The translations under genes and the position numbers were made by a program. A model generated the notes under the pieces. The model was given only the letters and a program-made list of their open reading frames with translations, ran no database searches and was not told the origin of the DNA. DNA of 64,000 nucleotides. Origin: Lachnospiraceae bacterium. GTDB taxonomy: Bacteria > Bacillota > Clostridia > Lachnospirales > Lachnospiraceae. Where the stretch lies: positions 77 through 64,076 of the forward strand of contig JAGAHC010000008.1 of assembly GCA_017627275.1 (NCBI GenBank), in the 5' to 3' direction. Below are positions 29,417-39,350 of this stretch, piece by piece. Position 1 is the first letter of the stretch, and every line of letters begins with the position of its first letter.

Positions 29417-30708
29417 ATCACAACGAAACGGACAGCTTATTCCCCGCATCCTTCGGGATCACCGACGACGTCTTACGCTTTTCGGAAGACTGCCTGCAGG
29501 AGCTTGCAGACACCTTTTCTAAGATCGATCGCACCGCGGAGTACAATACGTACCGGGTGATGGAGAGTTTTCAGCGTGCCCATGTCTCCGAAGCCCATTT
29601 AAAGGGCACAACGGGCTACGGCTATGACGACATCGGCAGAGATACGCTGGAGAAGGTCTATGCCGGGTATTTCCGCACGGAGGACGCCCTGGTGAGGCCA
29701 CAGATCGTCAGCGGGACCCATGCGCTGACGCTCGCCCTGCGCGGGAATCTCCGTCCGAATGACACCCTGCTTTCCGTCTCCGGAAAACCGTACGACACCC
29801 TGGAAGAAGTCATCGGGATCCGTCCCTCCAGAGGGTCTTTACAGGAATGCGGCATCCGATACAAAGAGGTCTCCCTTCTTCCCGATTCTTCCTTTGATGA
29901 AGAAAAGATCCTGCAGGCGCTGGACGATCCTTCGATCCGTCTGGCTGCCATCCAGCGCTCCAGAGGCTATCAGACAAGAAAGAGCCTGTCGGTTGCAAAG
30001 ATCGGGGAGGTGATCGCCCTCATCAAAGAGAAACGGCCGGATGTCCTCGTCCTCGTGGACAACTGCTACGGCGAATTCATCGATCGGAAAGAGCCCTCCG
30101 AAGTCGGTGCGGACATGGTCGTGGGATCTCTGATCAAGAATCCCGGCGGCGGCCTTGCACCGACCGGCGGCTATATCGCGGGGACGGCAGAATGCATTGC
30201 CAATGCGGCCGTCTTTCTGACAAGTCCCGGGCTCGGAAAAGAAGTGGGCGCGTCCCTCCAGGTCCTGCCGGCCCTGTACCAGGGCTTTTTCATGGGCCCC
30301 GTCGTTTCGGCTGCCGCCTTAAAGGGTGCCGTCTTTGCGGCAAGAGCCTTTGAAAAGCTGGGATTTCCGGTATTTCCTTCTTCCGGCGAGCCGCGGGCCG
30401 ACATCATCCAGGCCGTTACCCTGCATGACCCCGATAAGCTCATTGCCTTCTGCCAGGGGATCCAGAGCGCTTCGCCGGTCGACAGCTTCGTATCGGCAGA
30501 GCCGGCGCCGATGCCGGGGTATGATTCGGATGTCATCATGGCGGCCGGCGCCTTTGTGTCCGGTTCCTCCATCGAGCTTTCCGCGGACGGTCCCATGCGG
30601 GAGCCTTACAACGTGTTTTTCCAGGGCGGACTGTCCTTCCCGCATGCCAAATACGGCATCATGAAGGCCATTCAGAATCTCCTTGACCGTCATTTGATAT
30701 CTCTATAA
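29413..30708 (+). CDS. ynbB: PLP-dependent methionine gamma-lyase family protein (YnbB / aluminium-resistance)
   Basis: GYGYDD.GR, SGTHAL, QRSRGY, DNCYGEF, GSLIKNPGGG. Confidence 0.9.
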   Translation: MNHNETDSLFPASFGITDDVLRFSEDCLQELADTFSKIDRTAEYNTYRVMESFQRAHVSEAHLKGTTGYGYDDIGRDTLEKVYAGYFRTEDALVRPQIVSGTHALTLALRGNLRPNDTLLSVSGKPYDTLEEVIGIRPSRGSLQECGIRYKEVSLLPDSSFDEEKILQALDDPSIRLAAIQRSRGYQTRKSLSVAKIGEVIALIKEKRPDVLVLVDNCYGEFIDRKEPSEVGADMVVGSLIKNPGGGLAPTGGYIAGTAECIANAAVFLTSPGLGKEVGASLQVLPALYQGFFMGPVVSAAALKGAVFAARAFEKLGFPVFPSSGEPRADIIQAVTLHDPDKLIAFCQGIQSASPVDSFVSAEPAPMPGYDSDVIMAAGAFVSGSSIELSADGPMREPYNVFFQGGLSFPHAKYGIMKAIQNLLDRHLISL

Positions 30709-30755
30709 AATGATTGAAAGGCTTCTTTTGCCCCGGAGAGGCGAAGGGAGCAGGA

Positions 30756-31451
30756 ATGAAAAAAACAGGATTTCAGGCGGAATTACCGTACGAACGCTTC
30801 TTAAAACACGGCGCGGGATCCCTCACAAATGCCGAACTTCTGGCTATTGTCTTAAGGACCGGCACCAACAGGGAATCCGCCACGGATTTGGGACGAAAGA
30901 TCCTGCAGATCAGGGATGAACACAGCACCGCTTTATCGGTCCTGCATGACCTCACGATGGAAGATCTGATCGAAATCGACGGCATCGGGGAAGTCAAAGC
31001 GGTCAAAATATTATGTCTTGCAGAGCTCTCCAAGCGCATGGTTTCCGAAAAAGCCGGGGAGAGACAACAGTTTACGAAGGCCCCTGTCGTCGCAGACTGC
31101 TATATGGAAAAACTGCGGCATGAGCCGCATGAAAAGGCATATCTGTTGTTTCTCGACAACAAGCTGTCCCTGATTGCAGAAGAGATCCTCTCCATCGGCA
31201 CGGTGAACCGCACGCTTTTGGACCCGCGCGAGATCTATTTGCGCGCACTGCGGAAGAAGGCGGTCTCGATCCTGCTTTTGCACAATCACCCGAGCGGCGA
31301 TCCGACACCGAGTGCGGATGACATCGCCGTGACAAAGCGTGTCGCAAAAGCCGGAGAGATCATCGGGATTCCGCTCATCGATCACATCGTGATCGGCGAC
31401 GGAAGATACTGCAGCATGAAAGAATCCGGGCATCTGACAAACGGAGGATAA
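30756..31451 (+). CDS. radC: RadC-family JAB-domain protein
   Basis: PYERF...ELLAIVLRTG, HNHPSGDPTPSADD, IDHIVIG. Confidence 0.93.
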   Translation: MKKTGFQAELPYERFLKHGAGSLTNAELLAIVLRTGTNRESATDLGRKILQIRDEHSTALSVLHDLTMEDLIEIDGIGEVKAVKILCLAELSKRMVSEKAGERQQFTKAPVVADCYMEKLRHEPHEKAYLLFLDNKLSLIAEEILSIGTVNRTLLDPREIYLRALRKKAVSILLLHNHPSGDPTPSADDIAVTKRVAKAGEIIGIPLIDHIVIGDGRYCSMKESGHLTNGG

Positions 31452-31458
31452 TACCATT

Positions 31459-32469
31459 TTGAATACAACGGTTTTCGGCATTGATCTGGGCACCTACAAT
31501 ATCAAACTGTATCATGCGCTGACGGACGATATCCTCGTCGAAAAGAACATGATCGCCATTGAGAATCGTAAGACCATGATCGCCTACGGGGACGAAGCCT
31601 ACGAGATGTATGAAAAGGCACCGGCCAGCATTCAGGTCTCTTCCCCCATTGTCAGCGGCGTCATCGCGGATATCCACAATATGGAGACCCTGCTGAACGC
31701 CTTTGTCAAACAGGCGTCCCACGGGAGCCTCAAAGCGGGAGACTTCTATGTCACGGTCCCTTCCGACATCACGGAAGTGGAAAAACGCGCCTTTTCCGAT
31801 CTGATCAAGGACGCGAAGATCAAGGCCAAAAAGGTCTATGCCGTCGACAAGGCCATCGCGGACGGTCTGGGCATGGGGATCGATGTCAAGAATTCCCAGG
31901 GGGTCTTGATCGTAGACGTGGGCTATGACACGACGGAGATCTCCATCCTGTCGCTTGGCGGGATCGTGTTAAGCCGTCTCATCAAGGTCGGCGGCCACTC
32001 CTTCGATGCCTCCATCGTCAGCGCCGTGCGGCGTGAATTCAATCTGGTCATCGGCATGAAGACCGCCGAAAAAGTGCGCATGTTCTACAATGACATCGAC
32101 CACCTGGACGATACCTGCAGCATTTTCGGCCGCGACATCGTGACGGGACTCCCGGTCGAGCGAACCCTCAACAGCACCTTCGTCGCGGAGACCCTCTCCG
32201 AAAACTTCCGGACCATCGCCGACAGCATCCGGCTGATCCTTGAAAAGACTCCGCCGGAACTGGCAGCCGACATCTATCGCCACGGCGTCTTTTTGACCGG
32301 CGGCGGATCGATGGAAGAGGGCCTTGCGCAGGAGATCAATCTGGAGGTCTCCCTCCCCGTCAATCTGTCCGAAAACCCGCTCACCTGCGCGGTCATCGGA
32401 CTCTCTCAGGTGATGAAACGTTCCAATTACCGCTCCCTTGCCTATACCATCGAAGGGCTCGGGAAATAA
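31459..32469 (+). CDS. mreB: Rod shape-determining protein MreB (divergent)
   Basis: GIDLGT, GRDIVTGLP, LTGGGS; position before mreC; TTG start. Confidence 0.88.
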   Translation: MNTTVFGIDLGTYNIKLYHALTDDILVEKNMIAIENRKTMIAYGDEAYEMYEKAPASIQVSSPIVSGVIADIHNMETLLNAFVKQASHGSLKAGDFYVTVPSDITEVEKRAFSDLIKDAKIKAKKVYAVDKAIADGLGMGIDVKNSQGVLIVDVGYDTTEISILSLGGIVLSRLIKVGGHSFDASIVSAVRREFNLVIGMKTAEKVRMFYNDIDHLDDTCSIFGRDIVTGLPVERTLNSTFVAETLSENFRTIADSIRLILEKTPPELAADIYRHGVFLTGGGSMEEGLAQEINLEVSLPVNLSENPLTCAVIGLSQVMKRSNYRSLAYTIEGLGK

Positions 32470-32481
32470 GAGGTCGCTTTC

Positions 32482-33360
32482 ATGGCAGACAGAAGAAAGA
32501 AGATCTCCATACGGGAAAGCATTCGGATCCCTTCACGGTATCTCTTGCTTCTTCTAAGCCTTCTTTGCATCCTTTTGATGGTCTTAACCTTCAATATCAG
32601 AGGCTTTGCCTCCCCCTTTGAGACCGTGGCAAACTATATGATCGTGCCGTTTCAGAAGGGCGTTTCTTCGATCGGAGAGATCCTGATCCGCAAGGATGCC
32701 GACAGGCGGGAACTGGAAGAGATCCGGGCGGAGAACCGCGCTTTAAAAGAGGAAAACAAACTCTTACAGGAAGAACAGACCGTTTTAAAAGAACAGGAAT
32801 ATGAGCTCATGGAACTCCGGAAGCTTCTGCAGATCGAAGAAGCCTATCCGGAATATGAGATGACGGGCGCCAGGATCATCGCCAGAGACAACAGCAACTG
32901 GTATCATTCCTTCCTCATCGGAAAGGGTGAAAACGACGGGCTTCTCGTCGACATGAACGTTCTTTCGGAAAACGGCCTCATCGGCAGGCTCACGGCCGTG
33001 GGTCCCGACTGGGCGAGGGTCTCCACCATCATCGACGACAATATGAACGTATCCGGCACGGTGCTCAGCACCTCGGACATCCTGATGGTCAGCGGCGATC
33101 TGAAACTCTATGAGAGCGGCACCATTTCCTACGGCCATCTGAACGATACGAGAGGCCGCGTCAAGATCGGCGATAAGGTCGTTACCTCCAATATCAGCGA
33201 AAAGTATCTGCCGGGCATCCTGATCGGCTATATCGCAAGCATCGAAAACGACGCCAACAATCTGACCAAATCCGGGGAACTGATCCCCGCGACGGATTTT
33301 TCGCACCTGAACAATGTTCTGGTGGTGATGGGAAAAAAGCAGCTCCCGTCTGAGGAATAG
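32482..33360 (+). CDS. mreC: Rod shape-determining protein MreC
   Basis: TM + coiled coil, GLIGR, GDKVVTS, PGILIG. Confidence 0.94.
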   Translation: MADRRKKISIRESIRIPSRYLLLLLSLLCILLMVLTFNIRGFASPFETVANYMIVPFQKGVSSIGEILIRKDADRRELEEIRAENRALKEENKLLQEEQTVLKEQEYELMELRKLLQIEEAYPEYEMTGARIIARDNSNWYHSFLIGKGENDGLLVDMNVLSENGLIGRLTAVGPDWARVSTIIDDNMNVSGTVLSTSDILMVSGDLKLYESGTISYGHLNDTRGRVKIGDKVVTSNISEKYLPGILIGYIASIENDANNLTKSGELIPATDFSHLNNVLVVMGKKQLPSEE

Positions 33361-33370
33361 GGGAGGCGTC

Positions 33371-33916
33371 ATGAAAAGAGTTCCCCGCCTTCTGATCTAC
33401 TGCCTTTTGTTTTTCACCGGGATCCTTCTGCAGGTAAGCCTGGTACCTGCCTTAAAAGTCGGCGGCATCGTGCCGAATGTCCTTCTGATCCTGATCGCCA
33501 GCATCGGGATCTTTGCGGGAGAACTGACCGGTATGACGGCCGGCTTCCTTTCGGGTCTGATCCTCGATGTCCTGTTCGGAAACCTCCTTGGGTTCTACGC
33601 CCTGATCTATCTACTGATCGGATTCATCGCGGGAAAGGTCGGCTCTCTGCTGTATGTGGAAGACATCAAATTTCCGCTCTTGTTCATTGCCTTTCTCGAT
33701 TGCCTGTACGGCCTGTACTGCTTCGTGTTTCAGTTTCTGTTTCAGAACCGTTTGTACGGCTGGTATTTTTTCCGGCACATCCTGCTGCCGGAAGTCATTT
33801 ATACCGGCCTGTTTTCAGTGATTCTCTATCCCGTTTTGTCCCTGCTGTACAAAAGGGTGCTGAGAGAAAAGACGGCCAGCGAGCTGGCGGAAGAGGAGAA
33901 GAGTGTTCTTAAGTAA
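33371..33916 (+). CDS. mreD: Rod shape-determining protein MreD
   Basis: Polytopic membrane protein, PNVLLI, GFLSGLILD. Confidence 0.92.
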   Translation: MKRVPRLLIYCLLFFTGILLQVSLVPALKVGGIVPNVLLILIASIGIFAGELTGMTAGFLSGLILDVLFGNLLGFYALIYLLIGFIAGKVGSLLYVEDIKFPLLFIAFLDCLYGLYCFVFQFLFQNRLYGWYFFRHILLPEVIYTGLFSVILYPVLSLLYKRVLREKTASELAEEEKSVLK

Positions 33917-36797
33917 TCTGCGGAATATGCTGAAAGTGCAGATCGGAAACCTCCTGGTGAGAATCCGGAAGATCCATGTCCGGATCCTCCTTCTTAGCCT
34001 GTTTTTCGTGCTCCTTTCGATCGTCTTTTTTTACCGGCTCTTCCAATTGCAGATCATCCGGGGAGAAGAGTATTTGAACTCCTTCCAGTTAAAGATCCAG
34101 CGGGAGGTCGCCATTTCCCCTTCCCGCGGCAACATCTATGACCGGAACGGCGAACTTCTTGCCTACAATGAGCTTGCCTACTCCGTCGTGATCCGGGACA
34201 TCCTGGAAGAATCGTCGCACAAGAATGCGGACCTGAACCGGATCGTGCGGGAGACCATCCGCATCATCGAAGAAAACGGCGACCAGATCACGGCCTCGTT
34301 CGGGATCCTGCTCGATGAAAACGGAAACTTCGTTTTCCGGAACGAGGGTACGGCAGGCCTTCGGTTTCTGGCTGACGTCTTCGGCAGACTCTCTGCAGAT
34401 GACCTGACCTACGAGGAGCAGACATCTACGCCGCAGGACATCATCGACCATCTGTGCCGTTCCTTCGCCATCGGAGAATACATGGAACCCGGCAACCGGC
34501 AGACCTTCGTGCCGGGGTTCGGCTACGAAAAGAATGAACTCTTAAAGGTCGTAACGATCCGCTATCAGCTGAACCTGAACAACTATCAGAAATACATGCC
34601 TGCCACCGTTGCCTTCGGTGTTTCGCAGGATACCGTCGCGACCATCATGGAGAGCGGAAACGTCTTAAGCGGCGTGACGGTCGAAGAAGGCGCGTTCCGC
34701 CGTTATGTCGACAGCGAATACTTTTCGCAGATCTTAGGCTATACCGGACAGGCTTCCCCCGAGGAACTGACCGCTTTACGGGAAGAGGATCCTTCCTATG
34801 CCGCGGGCGACATCGTCGGAAAAAGCGGCATCGAATCCTCCATGGAGCTGCAGCTCCAGGGGAAGAAGGGCAAGAAACAGGTGTACGTCGACAACCTCGG
34901 CAGAGTCCTGGAAGAGACCCTCTTGTCGGAACCCCATGCCGGAAATGACGTGTATCTCACCATCGATAAAAACCTGCAGATCGCAGCCTATGATCTTTTG
35001 GAAAAATACCTTTCCAGAATCCTGTTGGAAAAGATCGAAGACATCAAGGTCTATGAAAACCACGAAAACAACTCGACCGACATCGTAATCCCCATCTACG
35101 ACGTGTACTACGCGCTGATCCGCAACAGCATCCTGGATACCGCCCACTTTTCGGCAGAGGACGCCGGCAGTACGGAAAAGGAGGTCCACGCTGCCTTCCT
35201 TGCCTACCGCGAGGAAGTGTTTGACCGCATGAGAGAGGAGATCTCTGAAAACGGCACGGCGTATGAGGAACTGACAAAGGAGGATCAGATCTATCAGAGC
35301 GCCCTGGTCTCGAGGCTCTACAGCGACGGCATTCTGATGCGGGATGCGATCGATACGGAAGATGAGGTGTATCAGGACTGGACGACGAACGAAACGATCT
35401 CCCTGAAGACCTTCCTGACCCATGCCATCGAAAAAGGCTGGATCAGCATTGCGTCTCTCAATATCGAGAAGGAGTACTCCGATTCCGACCAGGTGTTTTC
35501 CGCCCTGCTTACAGCGATGGAAGAGATCTTTTTCCAGGATAAGACCATTGAAAAGAGACTGTATCAGAACATGCTCTTAAACGATGTGCTGAGCGGAAAG
35601 CAGATGTGCCACCTTTTGCTGGAGCAGGGAAAGGTGGACGTCGACGAGGCGGAACTTGCGCAGTTCTACAGCGGCACGGAAAGCGCCTACACCTTTATGC
35701 TGAACCGGATCTCAGACCTTGACTTAACGCCTGCGCAATTGAACCTGGATCCGTATTCCGGCTCCATGGTCATCACGGATCCGCGGACCGGACAGGTCCT
35801 TGCCATGGTTTCCTATCCGAGTTTTGACAACAACCGGATGAGTAACGGCGTGGATCCCGTGTATTACGAAAGCCTGCGCAACAACCAGTCGACCCCGCTC
35901 ATCAATTATGCCACCTACCAGGAGACGGCGCCCGGTTCCACCTTCAAGATGGTCGTAGCCAGCGCCGGCCTCTGCGAAGGCGTCATCAATGTGGGAGAGA
36001 CCCTCTACTGCGGCGGCGTCTTCGACAAGATCGGAGAGCCCGAGCCCAAGTGCTGGATCTATCCCGAGGGCGCGCACGGGGCATTAAACGTATCGCAGGC
36101 CATCGAGCATTCCTGCAACCTGTTTTTCTATGAAGTCGGCTACCGCCTGGGACTTACGCAGAGCCAGTATCAGTCGGAGAGGGGCATTGCCCTCCTGAAG
36201 GAATATGCGGAAATGTTCGGCCTTGGCGTTCCCTCCGGCGTGGAGATCGAAGAGGCGCTTCCCCGCATCGCCACGGAAGACGCGGTCCGTGCCTCCATCG
36301 GACAGGCCGACAGCGGTTATACCACGGCACAGTTGGCCCGTTATGTGTCCACGGTCGCAAATGGCGGCACCTGCTATGATCTGACGCTGATCGACCGCAT
36401 TGCCGATGCGTCGGGACTGGTCCTGACGAAGAAGGATCCCGTCATCTACAACGTCATCAACATGAACGAATCCTACTGGAACGCCATCCACACCGGCATG
36501 CGCAACGTCATCCGGGGGAAGACCTATTATCAGGGATTTCCCATCCAGATCGCGGGCAAGACCGGTACGGCGCAGCAGTCGACCGACCGTCCAAACCACG
36601 CCCTGTTTGTCTGTTACGCGCCCTATACACGACCGGAAGTGGCTGTAGCCTGCCGCGTCGCGAACGGCTATACCTCCGACTATGCCGCGCAGATCACGAA
36701 GGCGGTGCTTTCCTATTACTTCCATACCGAGGAACTGGAGGAACTCATGAAAGGAGAGAACATCGTTCTGGAAAGCGGAACGATCGGCGGAGACTGA
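33903..36797 (+). CDS. mrdA: Class B penicillin-binding protein (PBP2/MrdA-type) with large insertion
   Basis: RGNIYDRNG, PGSTFK (SxxK), SCN, KTG; start uncertain. Confidence 0.92.
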   Translation: MFLSNLRNMLKVQIGNLLVRIRKIHVRILLLSLFFVLLSIVFFYRLFQLQIIRGEEYLNSFQLKIQREVAISPSRGNIYDRNGELLAYNELAYSVVIRDILEESSHKNADLNRIVRETIRIIEENGDQITASFGILLDENGNFVFRNEGTAGLRFLADVFGRLSADDLTYEEQTSTPQDIIDHLCRSFAIGEYMEPGNRQTFVPGFGYEKNELLKVVTIRYQLNLNNYQKYMPATVAFGVSQDTVATIMESGNVLSGVTVEEGAFRRYVDSEYFSQILGYTGQASPEELTALREEDPSYAAGDIVGKSGIESSMELQLQGKKGKKQVYVDNLGRVLEETLLSEPHAGNDVYLTIDKNLQIAAYDLLEKYLSRILLEKIEDIKVYENHENNSTDIVIPIYDVYYALIRNSILDTAHFSAEDAGSTEKEVHAAFLAYREEVFDRMREEISENGTAYEELTKEDQIYQSALVSRLYSDGILMRDAIDTEDEVYQDWTTNETISLKTFLTHAIEKGWISIASLNIEKEYSDSDQVFSALLTAMEEIFFQDKTIEKRLYQNMLLNDVLSGKQMCHLLLEQGKVDVDEAELAQFYSGTESAYTFMLNRISDLDLTPAQLNLDPYSGSMVITDPRTGQVLAMVSYPSFDNNRMSNGVDPVYYESLRNNQSTPLINYATYQETAPGSTFKMVVASAGLCEGVINVGETLYCGGVFDKIGEPEPKCWIYPEGAHGALNVSQAIEHSCNLFFYEVGYRLGLTQSQYQSERGIALLKEYAEMFGLGVPSGVEIEEALPRIATEDAVRASIGQADSGYTTAQLARYVSTVANGGTCYDLTLIDRIADASGLVLTKKDPVIYNVINMNESYWNAIHTGMRNVIRGKTYYQGFPIQIAGKTGTAQQSTDRPNHALFVCYAPYTRPEVAVACRVANGYTSDYAAQITKAVLSYYFHTEELEELMKGENIVLESGTIGGD

Positions 36798-37951
36798 TGT
36801 TTAAGACCTTTTCCTATCGACAATTTGATTATCTCCTGGTACTGTTGGTCCTTACCCTGAATACCATCGGTCTGTTTGCTATCAGGTCCGCCGCCCCCGA
36901 CCTGCAGAGCAAGCAGTTTATGGGCATGGCGGTCGGCATCCTTTTCATGGTGTTCTGTTCCATGCTGGACTACACGAAACTGTTAAAGGGATTTGTCCTG
37001 TATTATCTGCTCGCCATCGTCCTGCTTATCCTGGTCCTTTTGCTTGGATCGACCGGCGGCGGCGCACAGCGCTGGTTTGCGATCGGCGGCATTACCTTCC
37101 AGCCCTCGGAAGCGGCCAAGCTCCTTCTGATCCTGTTTTTTGCGGCCTTCCTCCAGAAGTACAAAGAACGTCTGTCCCCGCTCATGATGACGTTTATCCT
37201 GCTTCTCTTTATCGTGCCGCCCCTTTACCTGATCCAGCGCCAGCCCGACCTTTCCACCACCGTGGTGGTCTTTCTGATCTTCTGTGCGATCCTGTTTGTC
37301 GGCGGCGTTCCGTACCGCCTGGTACTGATCGTCCTTGCTGCGGCGATCCCCGCCGTTGCCATGTTTTTCTTCCTGGTCCTCCAGGAAGGGCAGGATATCC
37401 TGAACGATTACCAGCAGGGGCGCATCTTAAGCTGGCTGTTCCCGGAGAGGTACCCGGATCTGGCCTTCCAGACCCTCAACTCCATTACCGCCATCGGCTC
37501 TGGTCAATTGACGGGAAAGGGGTATAATAATAACGAAATCAGTTCCGTCCTGAACAGCGGGTTTATTTCGCAGTCGCAGACCGATTTTATTTTCACGGTC
37601 ATCAGTGAGGAATTCGGCTTTATCGGCAGCATCGCCGTCGTATTTCTCATTCTGTTTATCACGATCCGCTGCTTTATGCTGGCCAGAAAGGCAAAGGACA
37701 CGGCCGGGATGATCATCTGCGCCGGCGTCGGGGCCTGGATCGGATTTCAGGGGTATATCAATATCGGCGTGGTCATGGGACTTCTCCCGAATACGGGACT
37801 GCCGCTGCCGTTTGTAAGTTACGGACTGACGAGCCTTTTGTCCCTGTATCTGGGACTTGGATTTGTCTTAAACGTCGGTATGCAGAGCGCACCGCAGATG
37901 ACAGCCACGACCGTCGGCCGGATCAGGACGCCGATCACAAAAAGAGGTTAG
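36797..37951 (+). CDS. rodA: SEDS glycosyltransferase RodA
   Basis: QPSEAAK, QPDL, SQTDFIF..ISEEFG, LPFVSYG; ATG overlaps pbp2 stop. Confidence 0.93.
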   Translation: MFKTFSYRQFDYLLVLLVLTLNTIGLFAIRSAAPDLQSKQFMGMAVGILFMVFCSMLDYTKLLKGFVLYYLLAIVLLILVLLLGSTGGGAQRWFAIGGITFQPSEAAKLLLILFFAAFLQKYKERLSPLMMTFILLLFIVPPLYLIQRQPDLSTTVVVFLIFCAILFVGGVPYRLVLIVLAAAIPAVAMFFFLVLQEGQDILNDYQQGRILSWLFPERYPDLAFQTLNSITAIGSGQLTGKGYNNNEISSVLNSGFISQSQTDFIFTVISEEFGFIGSIAVVFLILFITIRCFMLARKAKDTAGMIICAGVGAWIGFQGYINIGVVMGLLPNTGLPLPFVSYGLTSLLSLYLGLGFVLNVGMQSAPQMTATTVGRIRTPITKRG

Positions 37952-37954
37952 GAG

Positions 37955-38350
37955 ATGAACATCGCACTCATTGCGCATGACGCCAAAAAGAAGCTGATGC
38001 AGAATTTCTGCATTGCTTACCGTGCCATCTTAAGCAAAAACGACCTCTATTCCACCGGCACGACCGGAAGGCTGATCGAAGAGGTGACGAACCTTTCGAT
38101 CCATAAGCAGCTGGCGGGCCATCTCGGGGGCATGCAGCAGATCGATGCCAAGATCGAGCATGATGAGATCGATCTGGTGATCTTTTTAAGAGATCCGCTG
38201 ACGCCCAAGCAGCACGAGCAGGCTTCCGATACCCTTTGCAAAATATGCGACAACCACAACATTCCCATTGCGACGAATCTCGCCAGTGCGGAACTTCTCA
38301 TCAAATCCCTGGACAGAGGAGACTTAGAGTGGCGTGAAATGTATAAATAA
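37955..38350 (+). CDS. mgsA: Methylglyoxal synthase-like protein with degenerate active site
   Basis: IALIAHD.KK, TGTTG, RDPL, PIATN; GGDQQ changed to GGMQQ. Confidence 0.85.
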   Translation: MNIALIAHDAKKKLMQNFCIAYRAILSKNDLYSTGTTGRLIEEVTNLSIHKQLAGHLGGMQQIDAKIEHDEIDLVIFLRDPLTPKQHEQASDTLCKICDNHNIPIATNLASAELLIKSLDRGDLEWREMYK

Positions 38351-39305
38351 GTTTTTACCCGTCCTCCTTGCCGTTTGTCTCCTGACAGGCTGCGGACGAT
38401 CCCTTCCTTTTCCGTATTCCGAGAATAAGACGGATGTCAGTTACCGGCTGTTTGCCAAGACTTCCGGCAATTCCGATATTGCGCAGTCCTATGCGTCCTC
38501 GCTCTGCGTCGTGGACGAGACGGACTCCTTTGGTACGCCCATCGAATCCCAGGCGCTGTCGCTCGGACTCTTTGACTTAAGCCGGATCCACACGATCTAC
38601 GCGGAAAACGTATATGCGCAGGTCTACCCGGCAAGCCTCACCAAGGTCATGACGGCGCTGATCGCCTTAAAATACAGTACCCCGGAGACCGTCCTGACCG
38701 CCTCCTCCAATATCTATAACTTGGAAGCGGGCGCACAGACCTGCGGACTGGCGGCGGGAGATACCATGACGGTCGACCAGGCGCTGCGGCTGCTTTTGAT
38801 CTATTCCGCCAACGACGTTGCCATCATGATCGCGGAAAACATCGGCGGAAGCGTCGAAGGGTTTTTATCGATGATGAATACCGAGGCCACGAGGATCGGC
38901 GCCACCGGCACCAATTTCATCAATTCCAGCGGCTTAAACGATTCCGAGCATTATTCCACCGCTTACGACCTCTACCTGATCTTCCAGGAAGCCATGAAAT
39001 ACGACCTGTTTTCGGAGATCATCAATATGTCCTCCTACAGCACGGTCTACCATGATCTTTCGGGTGGAGAGAAGCATATCGAGGTCAAATCCACGGACTG
39101 GTATCTGCGGGGAGAAGTAGCGGCGCCCTCCGGCGTTACCGTGATCGGCGGCAAAACAGGCACCACCAATGCCGCAGGACACTGCCTGATCCTGCTTTCC
39201 AGGGATGTTTCCGGAAAGCCTTATATTTCGGTCGTGATGGGGGCTTCTGACAACCGGACGCTCTATGAATCCATGAACAGCCTGTTGCAACGGATCCCCA
39301 ACTGA
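38334..39305 (+). CDS. D-alanyl-D-alanine carboxypeptidase (peptidase S11), lipoprotein
   Basis: Lipobox LLTGC, PASLTK, SAN, GKTG; GTG start. Confidence 0.92.
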   Translation: MKCINKFLPVLLAVCLLTGCGRSLPFPYSENKTDVSYRLFAKTSGNSDIAQSYASSLCVVDETDSFGTPIESQALSLGLFDLSRIHTIYAENVYAQVYPASLTKVMTALIALKYSTPETVLTASSNIYNLEAGAQTCGLAAGDTMTVDQALRLLLIYSANDVAIMIAENIGGSVEGFLSMMNTEATRIGATGTNFINSSGLNDSEHYSTAYDLYLIFQEAMKYDLFSEIINMSSYSTVYHDLSGGEKHIEVKSTDWYLRGEVAAPSGVTVIGGKTGTTNAAGHCLILLSRDVSGKPYISVVMGASDNRTLYESMNSLLQRIPN

Positions 39306-39350
39306 TATTATAATAGACTCAAATATTACACATTAAGGGAGGGCACTTCT

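Noticed and set aside
29400-29420. Absence of hfq/hflX between miaA and ynbB
   Set aside because: Direct miaA-ynbB adjacency is, as recalled, ordinary for this family.
30756-31451. radC as a mobile-element anti-restriction gene
   Set aside because: Full-length form in the canonical radC-mreBCD position.
33903-36797. Unusually long PBP2 (964 aa) as a fusion
   Set aside because: Catalytic motifs are intact, and a long insertion in the non-catalytic region is, as recalled, typical of Lachnospiraceae PBP2.
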